Source: an uncultured archaeon
Lineage (GTDB): Archaea; Asgardarchaeota; Thorarchaeia; Thorarchaeales; Thorarchaeaceae
Assembly: GCA_964458565.1 (NCBI GenBank)
Contig: CAYWJO010000001.1
Location: 32,001-96,000, forward strand
Direction of reading: 5' to 3'
DNA: 64,000 nt
A model generated the notes under the pieces. That model ran no database searches and was not told the origin of the DNA. It saw only the letters and a program-made list of their open reading frames with translations. Positions within the stretch are counted from its first letter, which is position 1; the number at the start of each line of letters is the position of its first letter. The position numbers were made by a program, and so were the translations under genes. Below are positions 19,879 to 29,699 of this stretch, piece after piece.

Positions 19879-20892
19879 ATGTCCAAAAAACCAGAACTTG
19901 AAGATGTGCCAGGAATTGGCCCAAAAACGGCTGAAAGCCTCAGAGAAGCAGGATTTAAAACAGTAAAGAGTTTGGCAAAAACGGATCCTGCAAAATTGAT
20001 GGTGAAGGTAGAGGGGATTGGTGAAACAACTGCAAAACAGATAGTTGAAGAAGCCAAGAAACTCGTTCCTGAGGATAAACCAATACCCAAGAAAACTGAG
20101 AAACCGAAACCAGCTGAAACAAAGAAGAAAGAGGTAAAGGAAAAACCTGAGAAACCAAAGAAGGTCGAATTGACGGATGTTCCAGGTGTCGGACCAAAAA
20201 CCGCTGACAATCTTAGGGATGCGGGATTCAAGACCGTGGCAAGTCTTGCAAAAACAGATGTTGCTAAGCTAGTGTCAAAAGTAGACGGGATTGGTGAAAC
20301 ACTAGCAACTCAAATAATAGAAGAAGCAAGAAAGTTAGCTCCTGTAGAGCCATCTGAGAAACCAAAAACACAGAAAAAGGCGGAATCCAAGAAGGAACCG
20401 ATTAAAAAGGTAAAGAAGAAAGAACCAAAAGAAGTGGATATTTCGACAAGAGAAACTCTTGTTGAAAAACGGCTTCTCCGCATTGCACAAGAGAAACGTA
20501 GAAGACAGCCAAAGTTCAGGCATGAACAGGCACATCGGTGGATCCGGATAAAGGATTCTTGGAGAAAAGTAAAAGGTATCGATAGCGCAACTCGAGAGAA
20601 ACGCAAAGGCCGTATTTCGATGGTGTCTGCGGGATATCGCAAACCAAAAGCAGTGAGAGGACTTCATCCATCATTATATGAAGAAGTACTTGTTCATAGA
20701 CCTGCAGATTTAGAAATACTCGACCCTGAAATTCATGCTGTCAGGATTGGAGGTTCAGTTGGTTTAAGAAAACGTCAAGAAATCATCAAAAAAGCTGATG
20801 CAATGCTTTTGCGTGTTCTAAACCCCGGAGTTCCAGAAGAAGTAGAAGAAGAAGAACTGTTTGCAGAGCTTGATGATTTGGAGGTTGATTAG
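19879..20892 (+). CDS. rpl32e: 50S ribosomal protein L32e fused to two N-terminal (HhH)2 modules
   Basis: C-terminal P.FR...H...R...WRK.KG.DS, GYRKPKAVRGLHPS; two VPG.GPKTA..L..AGF repeats. Confidence 0.93.
   Translation: MSKKPELEDVPGIGPKTAESLREAGFKTVKSLAKTDPAKLMVKVEGIGETTAKQIVEEAKKLVPEDKPIPKKTEKPKPAETKKKEVKEKPEKPKKVELTDVPGVGPKTADNLRDAGFKTVASLAKTDVAKLVSKVDGIGETLATQIIEEARKLAPVEPSEKPKTQKKAESKKEPIKKVKKKEPKEVDISTRETLVEKRLLRIAQEKRRRQPKFRHEQAHRWIRIKDSWRKVKGIDSATREKRKGRISMVSAGYRKPKAVRGLHPSLYEEVLVHRPADLEILDPEIHAVRIGGSVGLRKRQEIIKKADAMLLRVLNPGVPEEVEEEELFAELDDLEVD
19891..20340 (+). repeat. Intragenic duplication of a ~58-codon HhH module (about 19891-20064 and 20164-20337)
   Basis: ELEDVPGIGPKTAESLREAGFKTV..LAKTD vs ELTDVPGVGPKTADNLRDAGFKTV..LAKTD. 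Confidence 0.9.
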
Positions 20893-20893
20893 A

Positions 20894-21346
20894 ATGAAGC
20901 TCACTACACAAAAGAGACTAGCCGCAGCAGTAATGAAAGTCGGGGAATCAAGAGTATGGATTGATCCCGAATTCTTAGATGAAGTAAGTCTCGCAATTAC
21001 AAAAGAGGACATTAGACGTCTTATAGATGAAGGAGCAATCCAAAAGAAACCTGTACAAGGCGTAAGCAGAGGCCGAGCTCGATTCATACTGCGTCAGAAA
21101 CGAAAAGGACAGAGGCAAGGACCAGGTAGGAAAAAAGGTAAGGCTACTTCCAAACTCTCAAAGAAAGAACGCTGGATGCATAAAATACGACCTCTAAGAA
21201 AAGAATTGAGAGGTCTTAGAGATGATGGACGCATAACACGCCGAGTATACAGAGAACTCTATCTCAAAGCAAAAGGAAATGCGTTCCGAAACAAAGCACA
21301 CCTCAGAACGTACATATCTGAGCAAAGGTTGGAGGTGAAGAAATAA
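20894..21346 (+). CDS. rpl19e: 50S ribosomal protein L19e
   Basis: QKRLAA, RVWIDP, YRELYLKAKG. Confidence 0.97.
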   Translation: MKLTTQKRLAAAVMKVGESRVWIDPEFLDEVSLAITKEDIRRLIDEGAIQKKPVQGVSRGRARFILRQKRKGQRQGPGRKKGKATSKLSKKERWMHKIRPLRKELRGLRDDGRITRRVYRELYLKAKGNAFRNKAHLRTYISEQRLEVKK

Positions 21347-22101
21347 TGGCACAAGGTCCAACATACAGGGTCAAATTCAGAAGACGAAGAGAAGGTAAGA
21401 CAAACTACTATCGACGGCAGAGATTACTCAGCTCTAGACAATCACGTCTTGTGATAAGAAAGACGAACACCAGAATCATAGCACAGATTATCAACGCCAA
21501 GGTTACTGGAGATGTAACAGTAGCTTCTGCAATATCTTCAGAGCTTGGAGATTATGGTTGGATAGCTGGAACAGGAAATCTTCCATCATCTTACCTCACA
21601 GGGTTCTTACTAGGACTAAGAGCATCTGCAAGGGGTATAGATAATGCGGTCTTGGATATAGGACTTCATCCTCCAACAAAAGGTTCCAGAATCTATGCTG
21701 CTCTTAAAGGCGTGATTGATGCTGGAATGAATATTCCGCACAATGAGGAAATATTGCCAGATGAATCAAGACTGAGTGGCGAACATATAGTTGAAGCATT
21801 CAAACACTTTTCAGATGATAAGGATTCAAGAATGTTTTCAGATCTCGGAAAGAAGAAGACTACTATTACTGGGATACCCAAACAATTTCAAACTGTGAAA
21901 GCTACACTTCTTGAGATTCCAAAAGCAGAACTAAAGAAAAAGAAAAAGACCAAACCAACTAAGACAGAAACAAAGCCTAAGAAAACCAAAACGATTAGAG
22001 AAAAACCTGAACAGAAGCCTCCTCGTGCTATACCTAGGAAGCCTAAACCCAAGAAGTTGATTGCTCGTGGTAAGGGTAAGAAAGGAAAGAGGAGAAAGTG
22101 A
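21346..22101 (+). CDS. rpl18: 50S ribosomal protein L18 (uL18) with Lys/Pro-rich tail
   Basis: RRRREGKTNY, AVLDIGL, G.HI. Confidence 0.96.
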   Translation: MAQGPTYRVKFRRRREGKTNYYRRQRLLSSRQSRLVIRKTNTRIIAQIINAKVTGDVTVASAISSELGDYGWIAGTGNLPSSYLTGFLLGLRASARGIDNAVLDIGLHPPTKGSRIYAALKGVIDAGMNIPHNEEILPDESRLSGEHIVEAFKHFSDDKDSRMFSDLGKKKTTITGIPKQFQTVKATLLEIPKAELKKKKKTKPTKTETKPKKTKTIREKPEQKPPRAIPRKPKPKKLIARGKGKKGKRRK

Positions 22102-22113
22102 GGGTGAATCATT

Positions 22114-22791
22114 ATGAGTAATAGAAGAAAACGGAGAGCACCACGTGCCGAATCAGATCCTCTTGCGGAATGGATTCCCAAGACGCATCTTGGGAAAATG
22201 GTCAAAGAGGGCCATGTCAATAGTTTGGAAGAGATATTTCTAAACAACTATGTGATTCGAGAAGCAGAGATCGTTGACACACTCTTTCCAGAACTTCGCC
22301 AAGAGGTAGTGGATGTAACTATGGTCCAACGTCAGTCTGACAGTGGTCAGCAGAAAAGCTTCAGAGTCACCGTTGTAGTTGGTAATGGTGAGGGAGTCAT
22401 TGGTGTTGGTATTGGAAAAGCTCCCGAATTCGTACCAGCTGTACGTTCAGCTGAAGTACGTGCAAAAATGAATATCACACTCTTCCGAAGAGGTTGTGGT
22501 TCTTGGGAATGCAGGTGTAATGATCCACACAGCATTCCATTCCAAGTGAAAGGTAACTCAGGTTCTGTCAATATAACTCTTCGTCCTGCACCAAAAGGGA
22601 CTGGACTAGTAACAGCGGATGTTGGTAAAACTGTGCTTAGAATAGCAGGACTACATGATGTCTGGTCAATAACTAAGGGAAGATCAAGAACATCGTCAAA
22701 TTTTGCTAAAGCATTTGTTGATGCCCTGACAAAGACCTACCATATGCTACCACCTCAAGAATGGCAAAGTACAGGAGTTGTTGAGTCATGA
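22114..22791 (+). CDS. rps5: 30S ribosomal protein S5
   Basis: W.PKT.LG, RGCGSWEC, PAPKGTGL. Confidence 0.97.
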   Translation: MSNRRKRRAPRAESDPLAEWIPKTHLGKMVKEGHVNSLEEIFLNNYVIREAEIVDTLFPELRQEVVDVTMVQRQSDSGQQKSFRVTVVVGNGEGVIGVGIGKAPEFVPAVRSAEVRAKMNITLFRRGCGSWECRCNDPHSIPFQVKGNSGSVNITLRPAPKGTGLVTADVGKTVLRIAGLHDVWSITKGRSRTSSNFAKAFVDALTKTYHMLPPQEWQSTGVVES

Positions 22792-23270
22792 GCTCTGATG
22801 AAAAAGTAATCCTTGCAATAAGAGTAAGGGGACAGGTAAGTGTCCGACCACAGATAGAAGACACTCTCAATAAACTCAAGCTTGGCAGACTTCATCAAGC
22901 TAGGTTATTGAAGATGACTCCGAGCATTCAAGGCATGGTCATCAAATCAAAAGACTACATTACTTGGGGTGAGGTCGATGAACATGTTGTAGAACAACTA
23001 GTGCAAAAGAGAGGGCGAATATCTGGAAACGATCGAGTGACAGATGCATACATCAAAGCAAATTCTGGTTTCAAGAGTATCAAGGATTTCGCAAAGGCGC
23101 TTACATCAGGAAACGCATCCACAAGTGATGTCGAAGGTCTCAAACCAGTATTCAGATTACACCCTCCAAAGAAAGGATACAAAGGCAAGCGAAACCTGCC
23201 TGTAGGTATGGGCGGAGTCACAGGTTATAGAGGCACAAGCATAAATGAACTCGCAATTAAAATGATATGA
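22788..23270 (+). CDS. rpl30: 50S ribosomal protein L30
   Basis: KDYITWGE, VFRLHPP.KG, GYRG..IN.L. Confidence 0.96.
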   Translation: MSSDEKVILAIRVRGQVSVRPQIEDTLNKLKLGRLHQARLLKMTPSIQGMVIKSKDYITWGEVDEHVVEQLVQKRGRISGNDRVTDAYIKANSGFKSIKDFAKALTSGNASTSDVEGLKPVFRLHPPKKGYKGKRNLPVGMGGVTGYRGTSINELAIKMI

Positions 23271-23280
23271 GGTGTTATAG

Positions 23281-23832
23281 TTGTCTTGGGACGATCCAAT
23301 TGATGATCCATTTGATGATGATCCACGTCGCCAACTTCGTAAATGGTTGGGCGATTTTCTACCTGAGTCTGTTTTTGACCAGATTGAAGAAATGATGGAA
23401 CGAATGCTGAGTGAAATAGGTCAAGGTGGAGTGTTTGATAAGGATACTCTTGATGAACTCATGAGAAACCCACAGGGCACGATGCCATTCATGTGGGGTT
23501 TTCAGATGCGAGTAGGACCCGATGGAAAGCCAATGATTCAACAATTCGGTAACGCCCATCCTGGTGAAGGAGGGACTGAACTCACATCACATTTAGAGCC
23601 ATTGGTAGATGTCATTGAAGAGAATGGTGACATAGTTGTTGTAGCTGAACTACCTGGGGTTGAGAAGGACGAAATCAAGGTCAGAGTAAAGGGAATGACT
23701 CTGACAATTGATGTTGACAACCCATCAAAACCATATCATAAGACAGTTGAATTACCAACCAAAGTCCAGAAAGAAGAAGCAAAATCATCAATCAGAAACG
23801 GTGTACTAGAAGTCCGACTGAAAAGAGCATAG
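23281..23832 (+). CDS. hsp20: Archaeal small heat-shock protein Hsp20
   Basis: GF...GPDGKP.I..FGN, EPLVDVIE, VVAELPGVEK, NGVLEV. Confidence 0.93.
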   Translation: MSWDDPIDDPFDDDPRRQLRKWLGDFLPESVFDQIEEMMERMLSEIGQGGVFDKDTLDELMRNPQGTMPFMWGFQMRVGPDGKPMIQQFGNAHPGEGGTELTSHLEPLVDVIEENGDIVVVAELPGVEKDEIKVRVKGMTLTIDVDNPSKPYHKTVELPTKVQKEEAKSSIRNGVLEVRLKRA

Positions 23833-23848
23833 AATAGAGTTGAATATC

Positions 23849-24304
23849 ATGACAATAAAACGAAAACCCAAAAAAATCAACAAAATGAGAGGGAGAAGGT
23901 CTGCCGGATATGGTTTCAGTGCAGGACATAGAGCCTCAGGTCAACGTGGTGGAAAGGGTAACGCAGGTTCTAAGAAACATCACTATCTCAAAGTGATTGC
24001 TGAAGATCCTAATTACTTTGGAAAACATGGTTTTAAACGTCCTCAAAAGCTCCTTGCGGAAATTGTCGCGATCAACATTGGAGAGATAGACAGCTCTGCG
24101 GACGTACTGGTTGAACGAGGTCTTGCTGAGATGAAGGGGAAGAGATACATGATTGATGTATCAAAACTAGGGATTGACAAAATTCTTGGGTCTGGAAAAG
24201 TCACTAGGAAAATGGATCTCACCGGAGTCAACGCTATAACTGCACAAGCCCGTGAAAAAATAACTGGCATTGGCGGTACAATAGACCTGCCAGTAGATAA
24301 GTAA
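23849..24304 (+). CDS. rpl15: 50S ribosomal protein L15
   Basis: HR.SG.RGGKGNAG..KH, YFGKHGF, KILGSG. Confidence 0.96.
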   Translation: MTIKRKPKKINKMRGRRSAGYGFSAGHRASGQRGGKGNAGSKKHHYLKVIAEDPNYFGKHGFKRPQKLLAEIVAINIGEIDSSADVLVERGLAEMKGKRYMIDVSKLGIDKILGSGKVTRKMDLTGVNAITAQAREKITGIGGTIDLPVDK

Positions 24305-24492
24305 TTCTTACATCTGACGCTCTGAATCAGTTTCAGGAACGTCTTCCTACTTGAAGATAGCATAGAATCTTCTAATGAACGCCATTGCTTCCAAGCAGAA
24401 CCTGAAATTAGTGGAGGAATCTAATCTGCTTGTGGGTTGGTTCAATTTTCATGAAGTAAAAGGCATATACTTTGAACAACCACTAGTCTTAA

Positions 24493-26043
24493 ATGGCATC
24501 TCAATCTGGAGGCGCAAAAATAACACCTGCAGGAGAAACTAGGCCTATGCCATCTTTGTTTCTAAGAGTATTGTCACCATTTGTCAGGGTCATGCCTGAA
24601 GTCAGGGCACCAGAAAAAGAGGTGTCTTTCAGAGAAAAAATCATGTGGACGATAATAGTCCTAATTATTTTTCTAATTATGTCCCATTTGCCGCTTTTTG
24701 CAGTGGATAAGAACACAGGGACAGACTATCTATGGGCAATGCGAGTTATTCTCGCAAGCACACGTGGTACATTGATGGAGCTGGGTATAGGACCTATTGT
24801 CACTGCAGGTCTGGTCATGCAGCTACTGTCAGGTTCGAAAATAATCGACGTAGACTTTGGTGATCCGGACGATCGAGCGTTGTTCACAGGTGGACAGAAA
24901 GTCCTAGCTCTGTTCATGACTGGTTTCCAAGCATTTGCATACATTGGGGGTAATGCTTATGGTCCTCTGACTGCCAATGCCGCAATAATTGTCTGGCTTC
25001 AGTTGATGGTAGCAGGAATCATTGTGATTCTTATGGACGAACTTATCCAGAAGGGTTGGGGGCTCGGTTCAGGAGTATCCCTCTTCATCATGACAAACGT
25101 CGCAGGACAGGTCGTGTTCAACATGTTCAACATAACTCAGTATGAAGGCGCAGCTCCGGTAGGTTACGCTGAGGATTCGACAAATCTTCCAGTAGGAATC
25201 CTCGCAGCACTGGTGACTAATCTCCTGAGAAGCGTAGGGATTGGCTCTGATGTTGGTCCACCAGTTGACCTCTCATGGTTTATGATCCGCGACGGGGTGA
25301 ATCCGAGTGTTCTCGCACTCATTGTCACGTTTGGTATATTCGCTGCAGTGATATGGTTGGAAAGCGTCCGTGTGGAGATACCATTACAGTATGCTAAATA
25401 CAGAGGCATGAAGGCTAGGTATCCCATCAAGCTGCTGTATACATCAAATATCCCGGTGATTCTTGCACAAGCACTGTATGCAAACATCATCTTCTTCGGA
25501 CAGATAATATGGAGTAACTGGAATCGGAGTGGTTTGAATCCCTTCCTGAGCTGGATAGGAATATTCCAAGAGCAGGGGAATCGGCTCGTCGCGGTGTCGG
25601 GCCTTGCGCGGTACATAACACCGCCGCAGGGCATACTCGGAATCATTAGTGAAGGCGATGGCTGGTTGCATGTCATACTCTATACCGTGATGATGGTACT
25701 TCTCTGTTGGGGATTTAGCTCCATCTGGGTTGAGATCAGTGGTATTGCACCGCGTGATGTGTCACGCCAACTCTTAGGATCAGGGTACATCGTTCCAGGC
25801 TTCAGAAGGAGCGAGAAGGTGCTTGAACGTCTGTTGGAGAGATACATCCCCATTGTGGCGGGGCTGGGAGGATTCCTTATCGGAATACTCGCGGCGACTG
25901 CAGACATTCTGGGTGCGCTTGCCAGCGGTACCGGTATCTTGCTGATGGTTTCGATTATAAAACAATACTACGAACAGATCGCGAAGGAGCAACTCGCAGG
26001 CATGGGCGGCGAGGGCGTCCAAGGGCTGTTAGGGATAATTTAG
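24493..26043 (+). CDS. secY: Preprotein translocase SecY/Sec61alpha
   Basis: GTLMELGIGPIVTAG, KGWGLGSGVSLFI, YPIKLLYTSNIP, GTGILL. Confidence 0.98.
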   Translation: MASQSGGAKITPAGETRPMPSLFLRVLSPFVRVMPEVRAPEKEVSFREKIMWTIIVLIIFLIMSHLPLFAVDKNTGTDYLWAMRVILASTRGTLMELGIGPIVTAGLVMQLLSGSKIIDVDFGDPDDRALFTGGQKVLALFMTGFQAFAYIGGNAYGPLTANAAIIVWLQLMVAGIIVILMDELIQKGWGLGSGVSLFIMTNVAGQVVFNMFNITQYEGAAPVGYAEDSTNLPVGILAALVTNLLRSVGIGSDVGPPVDLSWFMIRDGVNPSVLALIVTFGIFAAVIWLESVRVEIPLQYAKYRGMKARYPIKLLYTSNIPVILAQALYANIIFFGQIIWSNWNRSGLNPFLSWIGIFQEQGNRLVAVSGLARYITPPQGILGIISEGDGWLHVILYTVMMVLLCWGFSSIWVEISGIAPRDVSRQLLGSGYIVPGFRRSEKVLERLLERYIPIVAGLGGFLIGILAATADILGALASGTGILLMVSIIKQYYEQIAKEQLAGMGGEGVQGLLGII

Positions 26044-26051
26044 CAATGGTA

Positions 26052-26085
26052 GTGGCTCGTAATAAAACGAGCCACATTCCTTTTT
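26052..26085 (+). terminator. Hairpin plus T-tract after secY
   Basis: GTGGCTCGT-aataaa-ACGAGCCAC followed by ttccttttt. Confidence 0.65.
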
Positions 26086-26256
26086 GTTGTCAGAGTCAAT
26101 AACCATTATTTTACTTTCCGAAAACCAGATAGTAAAAGTATCAGAACAGATTTCTCTCTGTCTATTCAGGACATCAACAAAGATGATGCTAGTCGCGAAG
26201 CCCTTCTTAATCACCAACGCTACGCCCAGCTTATTCTCATCCTCTGAACATTCCTT

Positions 26257-29200
26257 TCATTCTTGGTTTCTCCAAGTTATCTCGTATTGTTTCATTAATT
26301 CTTCAACAGACATAGCTATTGAACCAGAATATTGGTCATATTGCCTCTTATCTCCAACAAGTTTGACTTTAAGGTGGCTTCTGAATGGATGAGAGAGTAC
26401 AACAAATTTCAATGACGGGCAACTAAACAGACCTGTTATGTCCAATGTCAAATGATTGAGCGAATTTAGAATCAATTTTGAAAGATGTTTTTTTTTTCGG
26501 ATAGTGGTTGCAAATCAAGAAAAGTATGCTGATTTGCACTGAGATTGAATGTATGCAACCTAGGGCAGTTCATTAATGGAGTAAGATCAATCTCACGGAT
26601 GTTATTCTTTCTAAGCAATATAACTTGGAGTTCTGTACATCTCTGAAGAGGTAACAAATCAATACGATCAAGGTTCATGTCACCTAGATTAAGATGTTCA
26701 AGGGAACCACAATCCTTGAGAGGATTCAAATCTATGTTTCCAACAAAATTAGAACCGAGGGAAAGTATCTTTAAATTACATGAACCGGACAAAGGTTTCA
26801 GGTTGATTTCTGTCATTGAATGAAATTGGCCACTAATATCGAGTTCTTCTAATAGACTACATTTTGACAAAGGGGTTAGGTCAAGATCTGAGAGCATATT
26901 CGGTCCAGCCCTATTTAGTAACAATCGCTTCAAATTGGTACAGTTAGAGATGGGATTCAAATCCAATGTTCTAAGCCTATTTCGAGATAAATCAATAGTC
27001 TCAAGTGAATCACAATCCGATAAAGAGGAGAGGTCAATTTGTGATAATCGGTTGTTTTTCAGTATTATCTCTCTTAAGGTTCTACAGCTTTTGAGAGGGC
27101 TTAAATCGCAAAAATCCAGTTCTGTATCTGAGAGGTCAATAATGGATATGTCTTGTTTGCACAGTTGACGTATTACATCATATCCTTTCAGAAATTTATT
27201 GAGTCGAGTAAGAGCGGTTTCAGATTCTGATTCTTGTCTAGCCTTAAGAGCCGCCTCTATACCAATCAAACCAATTGGTCCAAGTACCTGCATTGATGCG
27301 TCAGCCTGTTCATTTGTGCCTATTGATATGAGTTCAATCAGAGGCTCAATTACGAGTTCTCCAGAGGATTCCAAGAGACGAGCTATATCAAAATTCATAT
27401 ACTTACCATCGAGAAGCAATCGATCAATAAGAAGTTCGACAAAACTTGAGGAAGGTAAGATTGCTTTTAATCCGTTAATTATTGCAATCCTTGCTCGATA
27501 TGCGTTCGAGTGTTCCCAATCTGAATAGCGTAACATAATGAGTTTATCATATATTTGAAGTAGAAGAGATGGAATCGTTTCATCGCTATAAGATTCCAAA
27601 ATGTTGACCACAGATTCTAGTAAATCGTCTAGGCTGTGTGAAGCATGTTTCGGTGGTGCACTATCCTCTTCAACAAAATGGGGGATCAACTTCAACAGAT
27701 TTAGAAGTGAAGGCAGAATCGTTCTATCATGATGCCTTTCTAGTGCTTTTAGTAGGGTTGCATATAGTGTTGACCGGCTATAGTTGGACCTATCGAAGTT
27801 CCAATGGGTTCCAAGCAGACCTCGCAAACGTGGAAGAACACGTTCATCATCAATGCAACCCATTGCATCAACGATTTCTAATAGTGGAACTGGCTTTTCA
27901 TTTCTTGTCCAACCGTAATAATCTATGTCCTGTTTCCACTCGAATCGGAGCTCTGAGGGAGAATGAATTAGAGGAACAATCAAATCTAAGGTTTCTGGAT
28001 GTTTCGTTTCACCAAGTTGATATACACCCTCAACTAAAGCTCTGTAATTTGCAATTGAATCTATTCTCTTGTTGAAGATTCTAGTGTCATCATTATCAGC
28101 CTGTTTTTGAAATCCATATCCTTCTACAATTGGTAAATTCAGTTCAAGTTCTTTAAACCTCTCAAGAATTGTAGACAGTGTCCGCTTACTACAAAATTTC
28201 CAAACCTTCATTGCCGAAAGAACTTCGTATCCATAACTGGTTGACCAAAGCTCACGCAGGTCCACACATGATTCCTTTACAGGGAGTTCTATTTCCTCAA
28301 TCTCTCTCATTCGTGCCTGCAAAATGAGGGGGATGAGCTTTGATGCAGACGATGATCGAAAAGCGTTAATGTCAAGTCCACGAGTGGAGTTATTGTTCTG
28401 TATATAATTTTCAATAGATTGCGATATCTTATCAGACAAGTCTGAGCACAACCTATCAAAATCGTCATGATACGTTGTGTTCATTAGCACATCTTTTATG
28501 TCACCCTCGTAACCTGCATATTCATCCATTCGAAAGATTTTGAAGAAATTCCTTCTTGCATCATGTATTTCAGTAAAGTCAATCCAATCGTTTTGAAATC
28601 CCCAGTCTAATGTCATCAACTCTTGTAGAAGCGCGATTTTGACTAGATCCCATCCCTTTGTATCAATGAGTGAAATAATTTTGGTTTGATATTTATCTAC
28701 TGAGAATGACTCATCAGAATCAGCATGTAAAGAAATATCTAATTTGAAATAGTCCTTCAACCAATCAAAAAGTGGGTTTTCCGATAAAAATTCCAAAACT
28801 GCGGTCCATATCTTTGGACATGTTCGTAAGGTTGGAGTTTCATAAATAGCCTCTATTACAGGTTCAGGATGATCTGATTCATTCAGTTCAAATAACAATT
28901 CGTTAACAAATGGTTCACATAAGAGCACCGCGGGTATTTCTTTGATGGCTTCTACCATTTCTTTCGGATATACATCGTATCTAAAGCTCTCCTTGAAAGA
29001 CTCCTCGTTGCTTATCACAGCTTGTGTTATTTCACCGTCGTTTTGTAGGATTTTCAAATCAGGAAGAATCCTGTAATAGAAATCAAAAGCTTCGTTACTT
29101 TCCTTCAGGTACCCTAGCAGATAGTTCTTTAATAGATGCGCCATGTGCTCCATATTTGTCTTCTTGATAAGTTCAGGTAGGAGTTCCCAGATGAAATGGA

Positions 29201-29468
29201 ATTGCGTTTCCTCATCATCGAATACTGCATCCAATAGCAGATTCACAAGAGCTTCATTCATTTGCAGCACATCATTGCTTAGTATTTTGTCAGATAGTTC
29301 GATGATGTTTATATCATCGTTCAATAGCATATACAAATTCTCAAGCAGGGCATTCTGAACATCCATATCCGATAAAACCTCATCAGAATACAGATCAATA
29401 TCATTCCAAGCGTCTATACCAAACAGATTGAGGCTCTTCAGGAGGGCTTTCTTTTCATGCACATCCAA
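26257..29468 (-). CDS. Large acidic helical/HEAT-like plus leucine-rich-repeat protein, frameshifted at an A10 run near the 3' end
   Basis: About ten LxxLDL..N.L..IDL.PL..C LRRs; ORF 26472-29468 stops just after T10 (26488-26497) and the -1 frame continues HLSKLILNSLNHLTLDITGLFSCPSLK to 26257. Confidence 0.8.
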
Positions 29469-29699
29469 TTATTAATCCCCCATTGATGCTTTCATATTGT
29501 TATGCATTTCTCCCTCATGCACCAAATCATTCATGGGACACACCTACAGTATATCATGTTGATATCCGTGATTTAAGCTCATCTCATGCTTCTTCCACTT
29601 TTCAGTATGATGCTGGAGATTACTCCAGCCACTCTCACTTCTTTTTTCCCAATAATAAATATAAGACACAAAATCCATTCACAGAATCGTGAGTTTCGT

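Noticed and set aside
26029-26392. Short ORFs after secY (26084-26392 + and 26029-26217 -)
   Set aside because: No recognisable motifs; they overlap the terminator and the frameshifted LRR tail.
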